Assembly (NCBI GenBank): GCA_963169595.1
Contig: CAUJFM010000334.1
Coordinates: 1 to 46,503, forward strand
DNA from: Bacteroidota bacterium
Lineage (GTDB): Bacteria; Bacteroidota; Bacteroidia; Flavobacteriales_F; PHOS-HE28
Direction of reading: 5' to 3'
Length of the DNA: 46,503 bases
Below, piece after piece: positions 35,802 to 43,321 of the stretch. A program made the position numbers and the translations under genes. The notes under the pieces are model-generated. The model did no database searches, had not been told where the DNA came from, and saw nothing but the letters and a program-made list of their open reading frames with translations. How positions within the stretch are numbered: position 1 is the stretch's first letter; every line of letters begins with the position of its first letter.

Positions 35802-37648
35802 TGCGCGTGCTCGGAGGCGGACGACTATCGCTGGCGGCGGTGCTGGTGCTCTGGGGCCTCATCGCCCTGGCCCTGCTGCGTACGCCGCCGGTCAACATCC
35901 TCAGTTGGGACACCTTCGGGTACTACCTGTACCTGCCTGCCACCTTCATCCACCACGATCCCGCGATCCACGACATCGGTTGGGTGAATGATGCGGTGGC
36001 CACGTACAACAGCACGGCCACGCTGTATCAGGTGCAACAGCAGCCCGATGGTGCCTGGGTGCTGAAGTACCCCATGGGACTGGCGCTGCTGTGGCTGCCC
36101 TTCTTCCTGGTGGGGCATCTGGTGGCGCTGCTCTCGGGCGCGCCGGCCGATGGCTTTTCCGCGCCGTACCAGTGGTCGATCATCGTGGCTTGTCTGGCCT
36201 ATGTGGGGGTGGGCCTGTTGTTGCTGCGCAAGCTGCTACTGGCCCATTTCCCCGATGGCCTTTCCGCAGCGGTCCTGGCCCTGGTGGTCATGGGCACGAA
36301 CTACGTGCACCAGGCGCTGTATTCCACGGGCATGCCCCATGTGTTCCTGTTCACGCTATACGCCGGCGTGCTGTGGCATACGCATCGGTGGTACCAGGAG
36401 CACCGGCGCTCGGATGCGGTGAAACTGGCGGTGCTCATGGGCCTGCTCGCCCTGTCCCGGCCCTCGGAAGCGGTGGTCGTGCTCATTCCCCTGCTGTACG
36501 GACTTTCCACTAGCAACTGGCGCGACCATGTGCAAGGGCAGATGCGCTACAAGGGGCAATTGATGCTTGTGGCGGGCATTCTGTTGCTTGTCGGTGTCCC
36601 CCAGCTGCTCTACTGGAAGTGGCTCACGGGGAAGTTGCTCTACATGAGCTACAACAACCCGGGCGAGGGGTTCGAGTTCCTTCATCCCTACACGTGGGAG
36701 GTGCTCTTCAGCTTCCGCAAGGGTTGGTACATCTACACGCCGGTGATGGCCGTGGCCACCGCCGGGCTGTTCCTGCTGCGTAAGCGACTGCCGGCCTGGC
36801 GGTGGTCCCTGGTGGCCTTTTTCGTACTGAACCTCTATGTGGTCTCCAGCTGGTCATGCTGGTGGTATGCCGACAGCTTCGGGCAGCGGGCCCTGGTGCA
36901 GAGCTATGCCGTGATGGCCCTGCCGCTGGGTGCAGTGCTCGGTTGGCTGGCAGAGCGCAGGATCGTGTGGCGGTGGTCCGGTGCATTCCTGTTGCTGGGC
37001 CTCACGGGGCTCAATCTCTTCCAAGTGCATCAGGGAACGCTGGGCCTGATCCACACCTCGCGCATGACCTGGCCGGCCTACAAGGCGGTGTTCGGGCGCA
37101 CCCAGCGTCCCGAAGGGTTGGAGAAGCTGTGGCTGGTGGAGCGGGCCCTGACCATGGACCATGGCGCTCCGGACCTGTCCGGCTACCGCAGCTGGCCCTT
37201 GCGCACCATGGGGTTCGATGCGCCAGAGCCCGACGTGGATGAAGCGGGGAGGACGGATACCATCGCCTTCGATGGGGGCCATGCCTGGTTGTTGAAGCCG
37301 GGTCGCGAGTTCACGCCGGCGGTCCGTGTTCCCTGGCGCAGCATCTCCGCTGCGGACCATGTCTGGTTCGAGGTCACCTGCCGGGTGCACAGGCCATTGA
37401 CCGGCCCTCTGCCCAAGCTGGCGCTGGTCACCACCTTCGAGCACAATGGCTACAGCTATCAATACATGGCCCGCGACGTGGACCTGCAGAGCGCCGAGCC
37501 CGGAGCGTGGGTGGAGGTGCGGCAGTGGTATCAAAGTCCGGAGGTGCGGCGGCCGGAGGATCCCCTGGCCGTGTATGCATGGCTGCGTGATACCTTGCCC
37601 GCCGTGGTGGACCGGATCACCATCACCGTACACGAGCCACGGCCATGA
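35798..37648 (+). CDS. Polytopic inner-membrane protein with GT-C-like (ArnT/PMT-type glycosyltransferase) architecture. Function unproven.
   Basis: Track ORF 35621..37648 trimmed to the ATG at 35798, which overlaps the receptor stop (ATGA). About a dozen hydrophobic segments occupy the first ~430 aa. The first loop contains SWDTFGYYLYLP. The C-terminal ~190 aa form a soluble domain. Confidence 0.7.
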   Translation: MMRVLGGGRLSLAAVLVLWGLIALALLRTPPVNILSWDTFGYYLYLPATFIHHDPAIHDIGWVNDAVATYNSTATLYQVQQQPDGAWVLKYPMGLALLWLPFFLVGHLVALLSGAPADGFSAPYQWSIIVACLAYVGVGLLLLRKLLLAHFPDGLSAAVLALVVMGTNYVHQALYSTGMPHVFLFTLYAGVLWHTHRWYQEHRRSDAVKLAVLMGLLALSRPSEAVVVLIPLLYGLSTSNWRDHVQGQMRYKGQLMLVAGILLLVGVPQLLYWKWLTGKLLYMSYNNPGEGFEFLHPYTWEVLFSFRKGWYIYTPVMAVATAGLFLLRKRLPAWRWSLVAFFVLNLYVVSSWSCWWYADSFGQRALVQSYAVMALPLGAVLGWLAERRIVWRWSGAFLLLGLTGLNLFQVHQGTLGLIHTSRMTWPAYKAVFGRTQRPEGLEKLWLVERALTMDHGAPDLSGYRSWPLRTMGFDAPEPDVDEAGRTDTIAFDGGHAWLLKPGREFTPAVRVPWRSISAADHVWFEVTCRVHRPLTGPLPKLALVTTFEHNGYSYQYMARDVDLQSAEPGAWVEVRQWYQSPEVRRPEDPLAVYAWLRDTLPAVVDRITITVHEPRP

Positions 37649-38403
37649 GCGACCTCCGCATCCTGGGCATCATCCCCGCCCGCTACGCCAGCAGCCGCCT
37701 GCCCGGCAAGCCCTTGGTGGATATCGCCGGGCGCAGCATGGTGATGCGCGTGTGGGACCAGGCCCGGCAGGCGCGTAGCCTGTCCGATGTGGTGGTGGCC
37801 ACCGATGATCAGCGCATCCTGGACCATGTGCACAGCCTGGGCGGACAGGCCGTGATGACCTCGCCGGACCACCCCAGCGGCACCGATCGCTGCCACGAGG
37901 CCTTGATGAAGATGGGTGCCGACCGCTTCGATGCGGTGGTGAACATCCAGGGCGATGAACCCTTCATCGTGCCGGACCAGATCGATGAGCTCTGTACCGC
38001 CTTGATCCAGGCACCGGGGGGCATCGCCACGCTGGCCCAGGTGGTGACAGACGACCGCGACCTGGACGATGCGGGCGAGGTGCTCATCACCACCACGGTG
38101 GACATGGATGCCCTGTACTTCAGCCGTGCGGCGATCCCCTTCCTGCGCGACTCCGGTGAAGGTCCGCGCCATGCCCGGTTCCGGTTCCTGAAGCATGTGG
38201 GGCTCTATGGCTACCGGGCGGATGTGTTGGCCAGGCTGGTGCAGCTGCGCCCCTCGGCCCTGGAGGTCGCCGAATCCCTGGAACAATTGCGCTGGCTGGA
38301 GCATGGCTTCAAGGTGCGCATCGGGCTCACGGAACACCCCTCGTTCTGCGTGGATACGCCCGCCGATCTGGAATTGGCGCGCCAACGTGTGGCGGCTTTG
38401 TAA
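37645..38403 (+). CDS. kdsB: 3-deoxy-manno-octulosonate cytidylyltransferase (CMP-Kdo synthetase)
   Basis: 252 aa. Family-typical IIPARYASSRLPGKPL and NIQGDEP motifs. The start overlaps the upstream stop (ATGA at 37645-37648). Confidence 0.93.
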   Translation: MSDLRILGIIPARYASSRLPGKPLVDIAGRSMVMRVWDQARQARSLSDVVVATDDQRILDHVHSLGGQAVMTSPDHPSGTDRCHEALMKMGADRFDAVVNIQGDEPFIVPDQIDELCTALIQAPGGIATLAQVVTDDRDLDDAGEVLITTTVDMDALYFSRAAIPFLRDSGEGPRHARFRFLKHVGLYGYRADVLARLVQLRPSALEVAESLEQLRWLEHGFKVRIGLTEHPSFCVDTPADLELARQRVAAL

Positions 38404-38420
38404 TTTGGCCGCGCTGGACC

Positions 38421-39455
38421 ATGGCGATCGAACGTGACATCCGCGACCTGCTCTACGACCACGACTGTGTGATCGTGCCGGAATGGGGTGGCCTGTTGAC
38501 CCACTACCGGTCGGCACGGCTCGATGAGGCCCGCCAGTTGGTCCATCCCCCGGGCAAGGACCTGAGCTTCAACCGGAACCTCGTGCGGAACGACGGTCTG
38601 CTCGCGGACCATGTCTCCAAGCGGGAAGGCATCCCTTTCGATCAGGCCCTGCAGCTCATCTCCCAGGAGGTGGGCGGCTGGCATCAGCGCCTGCAGCGGC
38701 ACGGCCGGGTGGAATTGCCGCTCATCGGCATCTTCCACCGCGATCACGAGCACAACCTGCAGTTCGACCCTGACCCGCGGGGTGAATACCTCAAGGACGC
38801 GCATGGCCTGCGCCCGGTGGCTGCGGTGGCGGTGGAACGCACGGCTTCCGTACCCGTGATCCCGCTCGCTCCGTCCGATGTGGTGGATGATCACGTGCCA
38901 GGTCGCCGTGCGGCATATACCTGGGCGGCCGCGGTGGTGGCCGGTCTGTTGTTCACCGGTGCAGCGCTCTTCGCGTACCGGATGGGCGGGCCCGAGACGG
39001 GCCAATGGAGCGGGTTCACACCGTTGGGCACCACGCCTGCACGGAGCTACGTACCCGCCACCGAGGCCTCCCATGCGCCTGTGGCACACGCCGGACAGGT
39101 CACCCTGCCTGATGCCGTGACCGGTGTGGCGGAGGTGCCGCTCGTTCCCGAGGAAGGGATCGTGCTGCGCGTGGCCGCTACCGCCGTGGACAGCACCGCA
39201 GTGGCCATGCCGAAGGTGGAAGTGGTCAACGTGCGGGCCCGGTTCCATGTGATCGGAGGGTGCTTCGCCCAACCCGAGAACGCCGACCGCCTGCTGCAGG
39301 AGCTTCAGGCCAAAGGATATCCGGCGGTGCGCCTGCCCCGGAACGGCGACCTGCACCCGGTGGCCTATGGCAGCTACGTGGACCGCGTGTCGGCCGCAGA
39401 GGCCATGGCGGGGATCCGGGCCACTGGGGAGAACGCCTGGTTGCTGGTGCGTTGA
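38421..39455 (+). CDS. Bitopic protein with an N-terminal HU-like (CCDC81-type bacterial HU) domain, one TM helix and a C-terminal SPOR domain
   Basis: 344 aa. N-terminus: LLYDHDCVIVPEWGGLLTHYRSARLD...LSFNRNLVRNDGLLADHV...ELPLIGIF. TM helix: YTWAAAVVAGLLFTGAALFAY. C-terminal SPOR pattern: RFHVIGGCFAQPENADRLLQELQAKGYPA...HPVAYGSYVDRVSAAEAMAGIR. Confidence 0.75.
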   Translation: MAIERDIRDLLYDHDCVIVPEWGGLLTHYRSARLDEARQLVHPPGKDLSFNRNLVRNDGLLADHVSKREGIPFDQALQLISQEVGGWHQRLQRHGRVELPLIGIFHRDHEHNLQFDPDPRGEYLKDAHGLRPVAAVAVERTASVPVIPLAPSDVVDDHVPGRRAAYTWAAAVVAGLLFTGAALFAYRMGGPETGQWSGFTPLGTTPARSYVPATEASHAPVAHAGQVTLPDAVTGVAEVPLVPEEGIVLRVAATAVDSTAVAMPKVEVVNVRARFHVIGGCFAQPENADRLLQELQAKGYPAVRLPRNGDLHPVAYGSYVDRVSAAEAMAGIRATGENAWLLVR

Positions 39456-39481
39456 TCGCCAGGGGCCATGTGGGCCATGCG

Positions 39482-39489
39482 TAGATTTG
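39482..39489 (+). promoter_or_regulatory. -7 promoter box (TAGATTTG) upstream of 39500
   Basis: Exact TAnnTTTG match, 10 nt upstream of the GTG start at 39500. Confidence 0.4.
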
Positions 39490-39499
39490 GGAACAACCG

Positions 39500-39907
39500 G
39501 TGACCACCACGAAGCATACGGTAGAGTTGGGGGACTGCACGGTGACCTTCCGGGAAGGCGACGTCGTGCACTCACACTTTCAGGAGCATCGGCTCGTTGA
39601 GCCTGCTGCCGCGCGGCAGATGTTCCCGGCCATTGATCGGGAACGTCAGGGCCGCAAGGTGCTGCTGATGGTCACCGTGGGCAATGGCACCGCGCTGAGC
39701 AACGAGGCCCGCAACTTCGCTTCCTCCGAGGCCTCCAACCGCCTGATCGCAGCGGATGCGATCGTGGTGCGCGACTTCGGCCACCAGCTCGCCGCCAACG
39801 TCTTCGTGCGCGATCACCGCCCCGGTCGCCCCATCCGGATGTTCCCCGACCAGGACTGTGCCCGGGTCTGGCTTCTTCAACAACACCATCTCATCAACCC
39901 CGCATGA
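39500..39907 (+). CDS. Hypothetical cytoplasmic protein, possibly with a SpoIIAA/STAS-like fold
   Basis: 135 aa with a GTG start. The layout (beta-rich N-terminus, 'VLLMVTVGNGTALSNEARNFASSE', C-terminal '...ARVWLL') resembles small STAS-like proteins. The fold assignment is a guess. Confidence 0.55.
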   Translation: MTTTKHTVELGDCTVTFREGDVVHSHFQEHRLVEPAAARQMFPAIDRERQGRKVLLMVTVGNGTALSNEARNFASSEASNRLIAADAIVVRDFGHQLAANVFVRDHRPGRPIRMFPDQDCARVWLLQQHHLINPA

Positions 39908-40557
39908 TCGCACGCTTTTCGTTGACCGCCGTTGCCTTGTTCGTCCTGGTGCTCCTGGGCAACCCCGTGAACGCCCAGCTGGCCGAGGGGCCCGAAGCGC
40001 GTACCATCCGCACCACCAAGGCCGAGGTGGTCGCGCTCGCCATCTCACCCAAGGGTGACCGCCTGCTGGTGGGCCTGAACAAGGGCGCCGAGCTCTACGA
40101 CCTGGAGAGCGGCAAGAAGCTGGTGACCTTCCCCTACAACGAGGACGGCGGTACGACCGCCTACTACGTGGCGTTCAACGAGAACGGGGAGTTCGTGGTG
40201 CTTATCGGCCATTCAGGCAAGCGGGTGGTCTATGATGTGAAGACCGGCAAGCCCGAGCCGTCGCTGATCCAGCACCGCTGGGTGCCCGATCCACGTGCCG
40301 TGAAGGCCATGGGCCTTGACATGGGCAATTCGGCCTTCGACCGTTTCTACCAGCAGGCCGAGGCCACCCACGGTGACTACACGGTGCGCACCGGCAAGCA
40401 CGGCAGCATCGAGTTCGTGAAGGAGGGCCAGGTCACGCACAAGCTGGAGTATCCGGAGAGCAAGGACCAGCACCATCGCGCCCCCCTGCTGTTCTGGGAG
40501 GAGTGGTTCATCACCGGCACGGATGATGGCCGCGTGCTCTTCTACACCTTGCGCTGA
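39904..40557 (+). CDS. Hypothetical secreted protein with WD40/beta-propeller-like blades
   Basis: 217 aa. Signal peptide MIARFSLTAVALFVLVLLGNPVNA|QLA. Blade-like segments (VVALAISPKGDRLLVGLNKGAELYDLESGK; YVAFNENGEFVVLIGHSGKRVVYDVKTGK). The start overlaps the upstream stop (ATGA at 39904-39907). Confidence 0.6.
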   Translation: MIARFSLTAVALFVLVLLGNPVNAQLAEGPEARTIRTTKAEVVALAISPKGDRLLVGLNKGAELYDLESGKKLVTFPYNEDGGTTAYYVAFNENGEFVVLIGHSGKRVVYDVKTGKPEPSLIQHRWVPDPRAVKAMGLDMGNSAFDRFYQQAEATHGDYTVRTGKHGSIEFVKEGQVTHKLEYPESKDQHHRAPLLFWEEWFITGTDDGRVLFYTLR

Positions 40558-41000
40558 GCCCCGACCGCATCGAGCGCTTCCTGCACGTGGCGCTGCGCAC
40601 CCAGCAGTCCGCTGTAGGCATGGCGCACCACGCCGCTTTGGTCGATGACATAGGTGATCCGCTCGGAGAGCAGGCCCAGCAAGCGGTCAACGTCATACGC
40701 CTGGTGTGCCTTGTCCGCAGTATCACACAGCAACGTGAACGGCAGTTGCCATTGGCTGGCGAAGGCCTGTTGTGCCTCCTGGCCATCACGACTGATGCCG
40801 ACCACGGTGGCATTCACTGCTCTCAGGTCGGTATAGGCATCCCTGAACGCGCAGGCTTCCTTGGTACACACCAGGGAATTGGCCTTGGGATAGAAGAAGA
40901 CCACGGCGGGTCCGTGCTGCCAGGCTTGTGAAAGCGTGAACGGACGACCGAGCTGATCCAGGAGCGTCAGGTCGGGAGCAGGGGAGCCGGGGCGGAGCAT
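40542..41000 (-). CDS. bcp: Thioredoxin-dependent peroxiredoxin (Bcp type)
   Basis: Track ORF 40542..41048 trimmed to the ATG at 41000 (MLRPGSPAPDLTLLDQ...). Peroxidatic-Cys motif FFYPKANSLVCTKEAC. The 3' end overlaps the convergent gene by 16 nt. Confidence 0.85.
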   Translation of the reverse strand: MLRPGSPAPDLTLLDQLGRPFTLSQAWQHGPAVVFFYPKANSLVCTKEACAFRDAYTDLRAVNATVVGISRDGQEAQQAFASQWQLPFTLLCDTADKAHQAYDVDRLLGLLSERITYVIDQSGVVRHAYSGLLGAQRHVQEALDAVGAQRKV

Positions 41001-41071
41001 GCGGGCCGCAAAGTTGCGGAACGTTGGTCCATAGCACCGGCCTTCCAACGCAGTGGCGCTGAACGGTCGCC

Positions 41072-41079
41072 TACTTTCG
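41072..41079 (+). promoter_or_regulatory. -7 promoter box (TACTTTCG) for the thioesterase gene
   Basis: TAnnTTCG variant, 16 nt upstream of the ATG at 41096. Confidence 0.4.
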
Positions 41080-41095
41080 CCGGGTCAACAAGCCC

Positions 41096-41611
41096 ATGAA
41101 CAAGACCTCCCGCCCCGTAAGCGAAAGCTACGCGCAGACCACGCATGTGGTGTTGCCCAACGATACCAACACGCTGGGCAACCTGTTCGGTGGGCGGTTG
41201 TTGCAATGGCTGGACATCAGCTGCGCGATCAGTGCGCACCGGCACTGCAAGCGCGTGGTGGTGACCGTGGCGGTGAACCATGTGGGTTTCGACAAGCCGA
41301 TCAAGCTGGGCGATTTTGTCACCATCCACAGCCATGTGAGCCGGGCCTTCGGCAGCAGCATGGAGGTGTGGAGCGATGTGTACGTGGAAGACCAGGTGAC
41401 GGGGGAGAAGATCAAGTGCAACAGCGCCATCTACACGTTCGTGGCGGTGGACCAGGCCGGGCGTCCGGTGACCGTGCCCGAGGCAGTGCCCACCAACGAG
41501 GAGGAACAGCGCCGGTACGACGGTGCGTTACGGAGAAGGCAGTTGCGGCTCATCCTCAGTGGGAAGATGAGGCCGGAGGAGGCGACGGAGCTCAAGGCCC
41601 TGTTCCAGTAA
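41096..41611 (+). CDS. Acyl-CoA thioesterase (hotdog fold, YciA/BFIT-like)
   Basis: 171 aa. Family-typical N-terminus HVVLPNDTNTLGNLFGGRLLQWLD. It has a single hotdog domain. Confidence 0.85.
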   Translation: MNKTSRPVSESYAQTTHVVLPNDTNTLGNLFGGRLLQWLDISCAISAHRHCKRVVVTVAVNHVGFDKPIKLGDFVTIHSHVSRAFGSSMEVWSDVYVEDQVTGEKIKCNSAIYTFVAVDQAGRPVTVPEAVPTNEEEQRRYDGALRRRQLRLILSGKMRPEEATELKALFQ

Positions 41612-41705
41612 CTTTTTGGAGGGCAGGGCGTCCTATGCGCATGATCACCGGGGGTGTCGAGCCGCCCCCCGTTCTTTTCCGTTCACCAACACCTCCCTCC
41701 AACAG

Positions 41706-42302
41706 ATGAAACAGACCGTTTCCTTCCTACTGGCCGCTCCGGCGCTTGCCCTTGTGGTGGCCTGCAACCAATCGGCTCCGGCCGCTGCGCCCGAAGTTGC
41801 CGAAGTGGCCCAGCCCACCGAGGCCGAGCTGGTGAAGCGTGGTGAGTACCTCGTACAGGTCATGGGCTGCCATGACTGCCACTCGCCGAAGCTCATGGGC
41901 CCCCAGGGTCCCTATCCCGATCCGGACCGTCTCCTCAGCGGACATCCCGCTGGTACACAACTGCCGCCGGTGCCCAAGGACGCTGCCGGCTGGGCCCTGA
42001 TGTCCATGGACCTCACCGCCGCGGTCGGCCCTTGGGGCACCAGCTTCGCAGCCAACCTCACCAGTGATGAGAGCGGCATCGGCAACTGGACCGAGGAACA
42101 GTTCAAGCGTGCGCTGACCCAGGGTCTCTACAAGGGGTTGGAAGGCTCGCGTCCGCTGCTTCCGCCCATGCCCTGGCAGAACCTCAAGGACCTCAAGGAC
42201 GAGGACGTGCACGCCATGTTCCTGTACCTGAAGAGCACGAAGCCGGTGGCCAACGTGGTGCCTGCGCCCATTCCTCCTGCGGCTCCCCCTGCGGGCGCCT
42301 GA
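41706..42302 (+). CDS. Monoheme c-type cytochrome, lipoprotein
   Basis: Track ORF 41616..42302 trimmed to the ATG at 41706. Lipobox LALVVAC|NQS. There is a single CxxCH heme-binding site (GCHDCHSP). Confidence 0.75.
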   Translation: MKQTVSFLLAAPALALVVACNQSAPAAAPEVAEVAQPTEAELVKRGEYLVQVMGCHDCHSPKLMGPQGPYPDPDRLLSGHPAGTQLPPVPKDAAGWALMSMDLTAAVGPWGTSFAANLTSDESGIGNWTEEQFKRALTQGLYKGLEGSRPLLPPMPWQNLKDLKDEDVHAMFLYLKSTKPVANVVPAPIPPAAPPAGA

Positions 42303-42325
42303 CCTCCGCACTCCACGGCTCATCC

Positions 42326-42362
42326 GCGAGCGGACCTTCTCCCAGGCGATCGGTCCGCTCGC
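42326..42362 (+). terminator. Rho-independent terminator after the cytochrome c gene
   Basis: GCGAGCGGACC (42326-42336) pairs with GGTCCGCTCGC (42352-42362). Perfect 11-bp stem and 15-nt loop, followed by CCTTTTTG. Confidence 0.75.
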
Positions 42363-42425
42363 CCTTTTTGGGGTCGCACGATGCGATGTTGATCTGGATC
42401 AAGTGCCGGCGCCCACCAGAGGCGG

Positions 42426-42433
42426 GAGTTTTG
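42426..42433 (+). promoter_or_regulatory. Degenerate -7-like box (GAGTTTTG) for the ECF sigma gene
   Basis: nAnnTTTG, exactly 4 nt upstream of the ATG at 42438. The first base deviates from the consensus. Confidence 0.3.
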
Positions 42434-42437
42434 CGGC

Positions 42438-42956
42438 ATGGAACCGTGCACACCCGTGGAAGCCGCGACCCTGACCCCGGAGACCTACAACGCGATCGTG
42501 GACCAGCATGCCGATGCGCTGTTCCGATTCATCCTGCGGCAGGTGCGTGACCGCGAACTGGCGCGTGACCTGGTGCAGGAGAGCTTCATGCGATTGTGGT
42601 TGAAGGCTGATCGCGTATGCGCGGACAAGGCCCGGAGCTACCTGTTCACGATCGCCGCCAATGCCGTGGCCAGCCAGATGCGGCGCAAGCATGTGCCGAT
42701 ACGGATGGAGGCCTGGCATGAACCAGCCGCAGCGGTGCGACAACCCGAGCCCGATCTGCACAAGCACCTCCATGCAGGGTTGAAGCGGTTGCCGCCCCGC
42801 CAGGCCCAGGTGATCACCCTGCGCGACATGCACGGGCTCAACTACGAGGAGATCGCGCAGGTGAGCGGACTGAACTTGACACAGGTGAAGGTCTACCTGC
42901 ACCGGGCACGGAAGGCGATGCGGACCTACCTGGTGCGGCCGTCGCTGCTGGCCTGA
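42438..42956 (+). CDS. ECF-type RNA polymerase sigma-70 factor
   Basis: 172 aa. Region 2: ALFRFILRQVRDRELARDLVQESFMRLW. Region 4 helix-turn-helix: VITLRDMHGLNYEEIAQVSGLNLTQVKVYLHRARKAM. Confidence 0.88.
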   Translation: MEPCTPVEAATLTPETYNAIVDQHADALFRFILRQVRDRELARDLVQESFMRLWLKADRVCADKARSYLFTIAANAVASQMRRKHVPIRMEAWHEPAAAVRQPEPDLHKHLHAGLKRLPPRQAQVITLRDMHGLNYEEIAQVSGLNLTQVKVYLHRARKAMRTYLVRPSLLA

Positions 42957-42958
42957 GC

Positions 42959-43321
42959 TTACAGGCTTTCGTCGAGGCTGGATCCGTCGAACAGATCGCC
43001 GGTGGCGGTGTCGTGCGCGCGCAGCCCCAGGTGACGCAGCAAGGCCGCCACGGCGGAAGCGCTCTGGTCGCCGCCATGCACGTGCACCACCATGTAGCGC
43101 ACCTCGTCACCCTGTTCCAGGTGCAGCTGGATGCTCAGGTCGATGCCGCCATGCTTGACGAACACCCAGTCGTTGTCGACCACATCCGCTGCGGGCAGCA
43201 GTTCCTTGATGCCTGCAAGGAGCGAGGCGCGGTCACCGATGGGGCGCGGACGGAAATCTTCCGGCACCTGATGGATGGTGGGAACGTCGGGAAGGTCCTG
43301 GATGTAGATGTCCCAGCTCAT
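42959..43321 (-). CDS. Hypothetical cytoplasmic protein (120 aa)
   Basis: Track ORF 42959..43369 trimmed to the ATG at 43321 (MSWDIYIQDLPDVP...), which overlaps the glycosyltransferase stop (ATGA on the minus strand, 43318-43321). G/C-rich third positions. No recognisable family. Confidence 0.55.
   Translation of the reverse strand: MSWDIYIQDLPDVPTIHQVPEDFRPRPIGDRASLLAGIKELLPAADVVDNDWVFVKHGGIDLSIQLHLEQGDEVRYMVVHVHGGDQSASAVAALLRHLGLRAHDTATGDLFDGSSLDESL

Noticed and set aside
42389-42402. Palindrome TTGATC-TG-GATCAA upstream of the ECF sigma gene, considered as a possible operator.
   Set aside because: A 6+6 inverted repeat at a fixed spacer is expected roughly ten times by chance in 46 kb. 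There is no second copy or supporting context.
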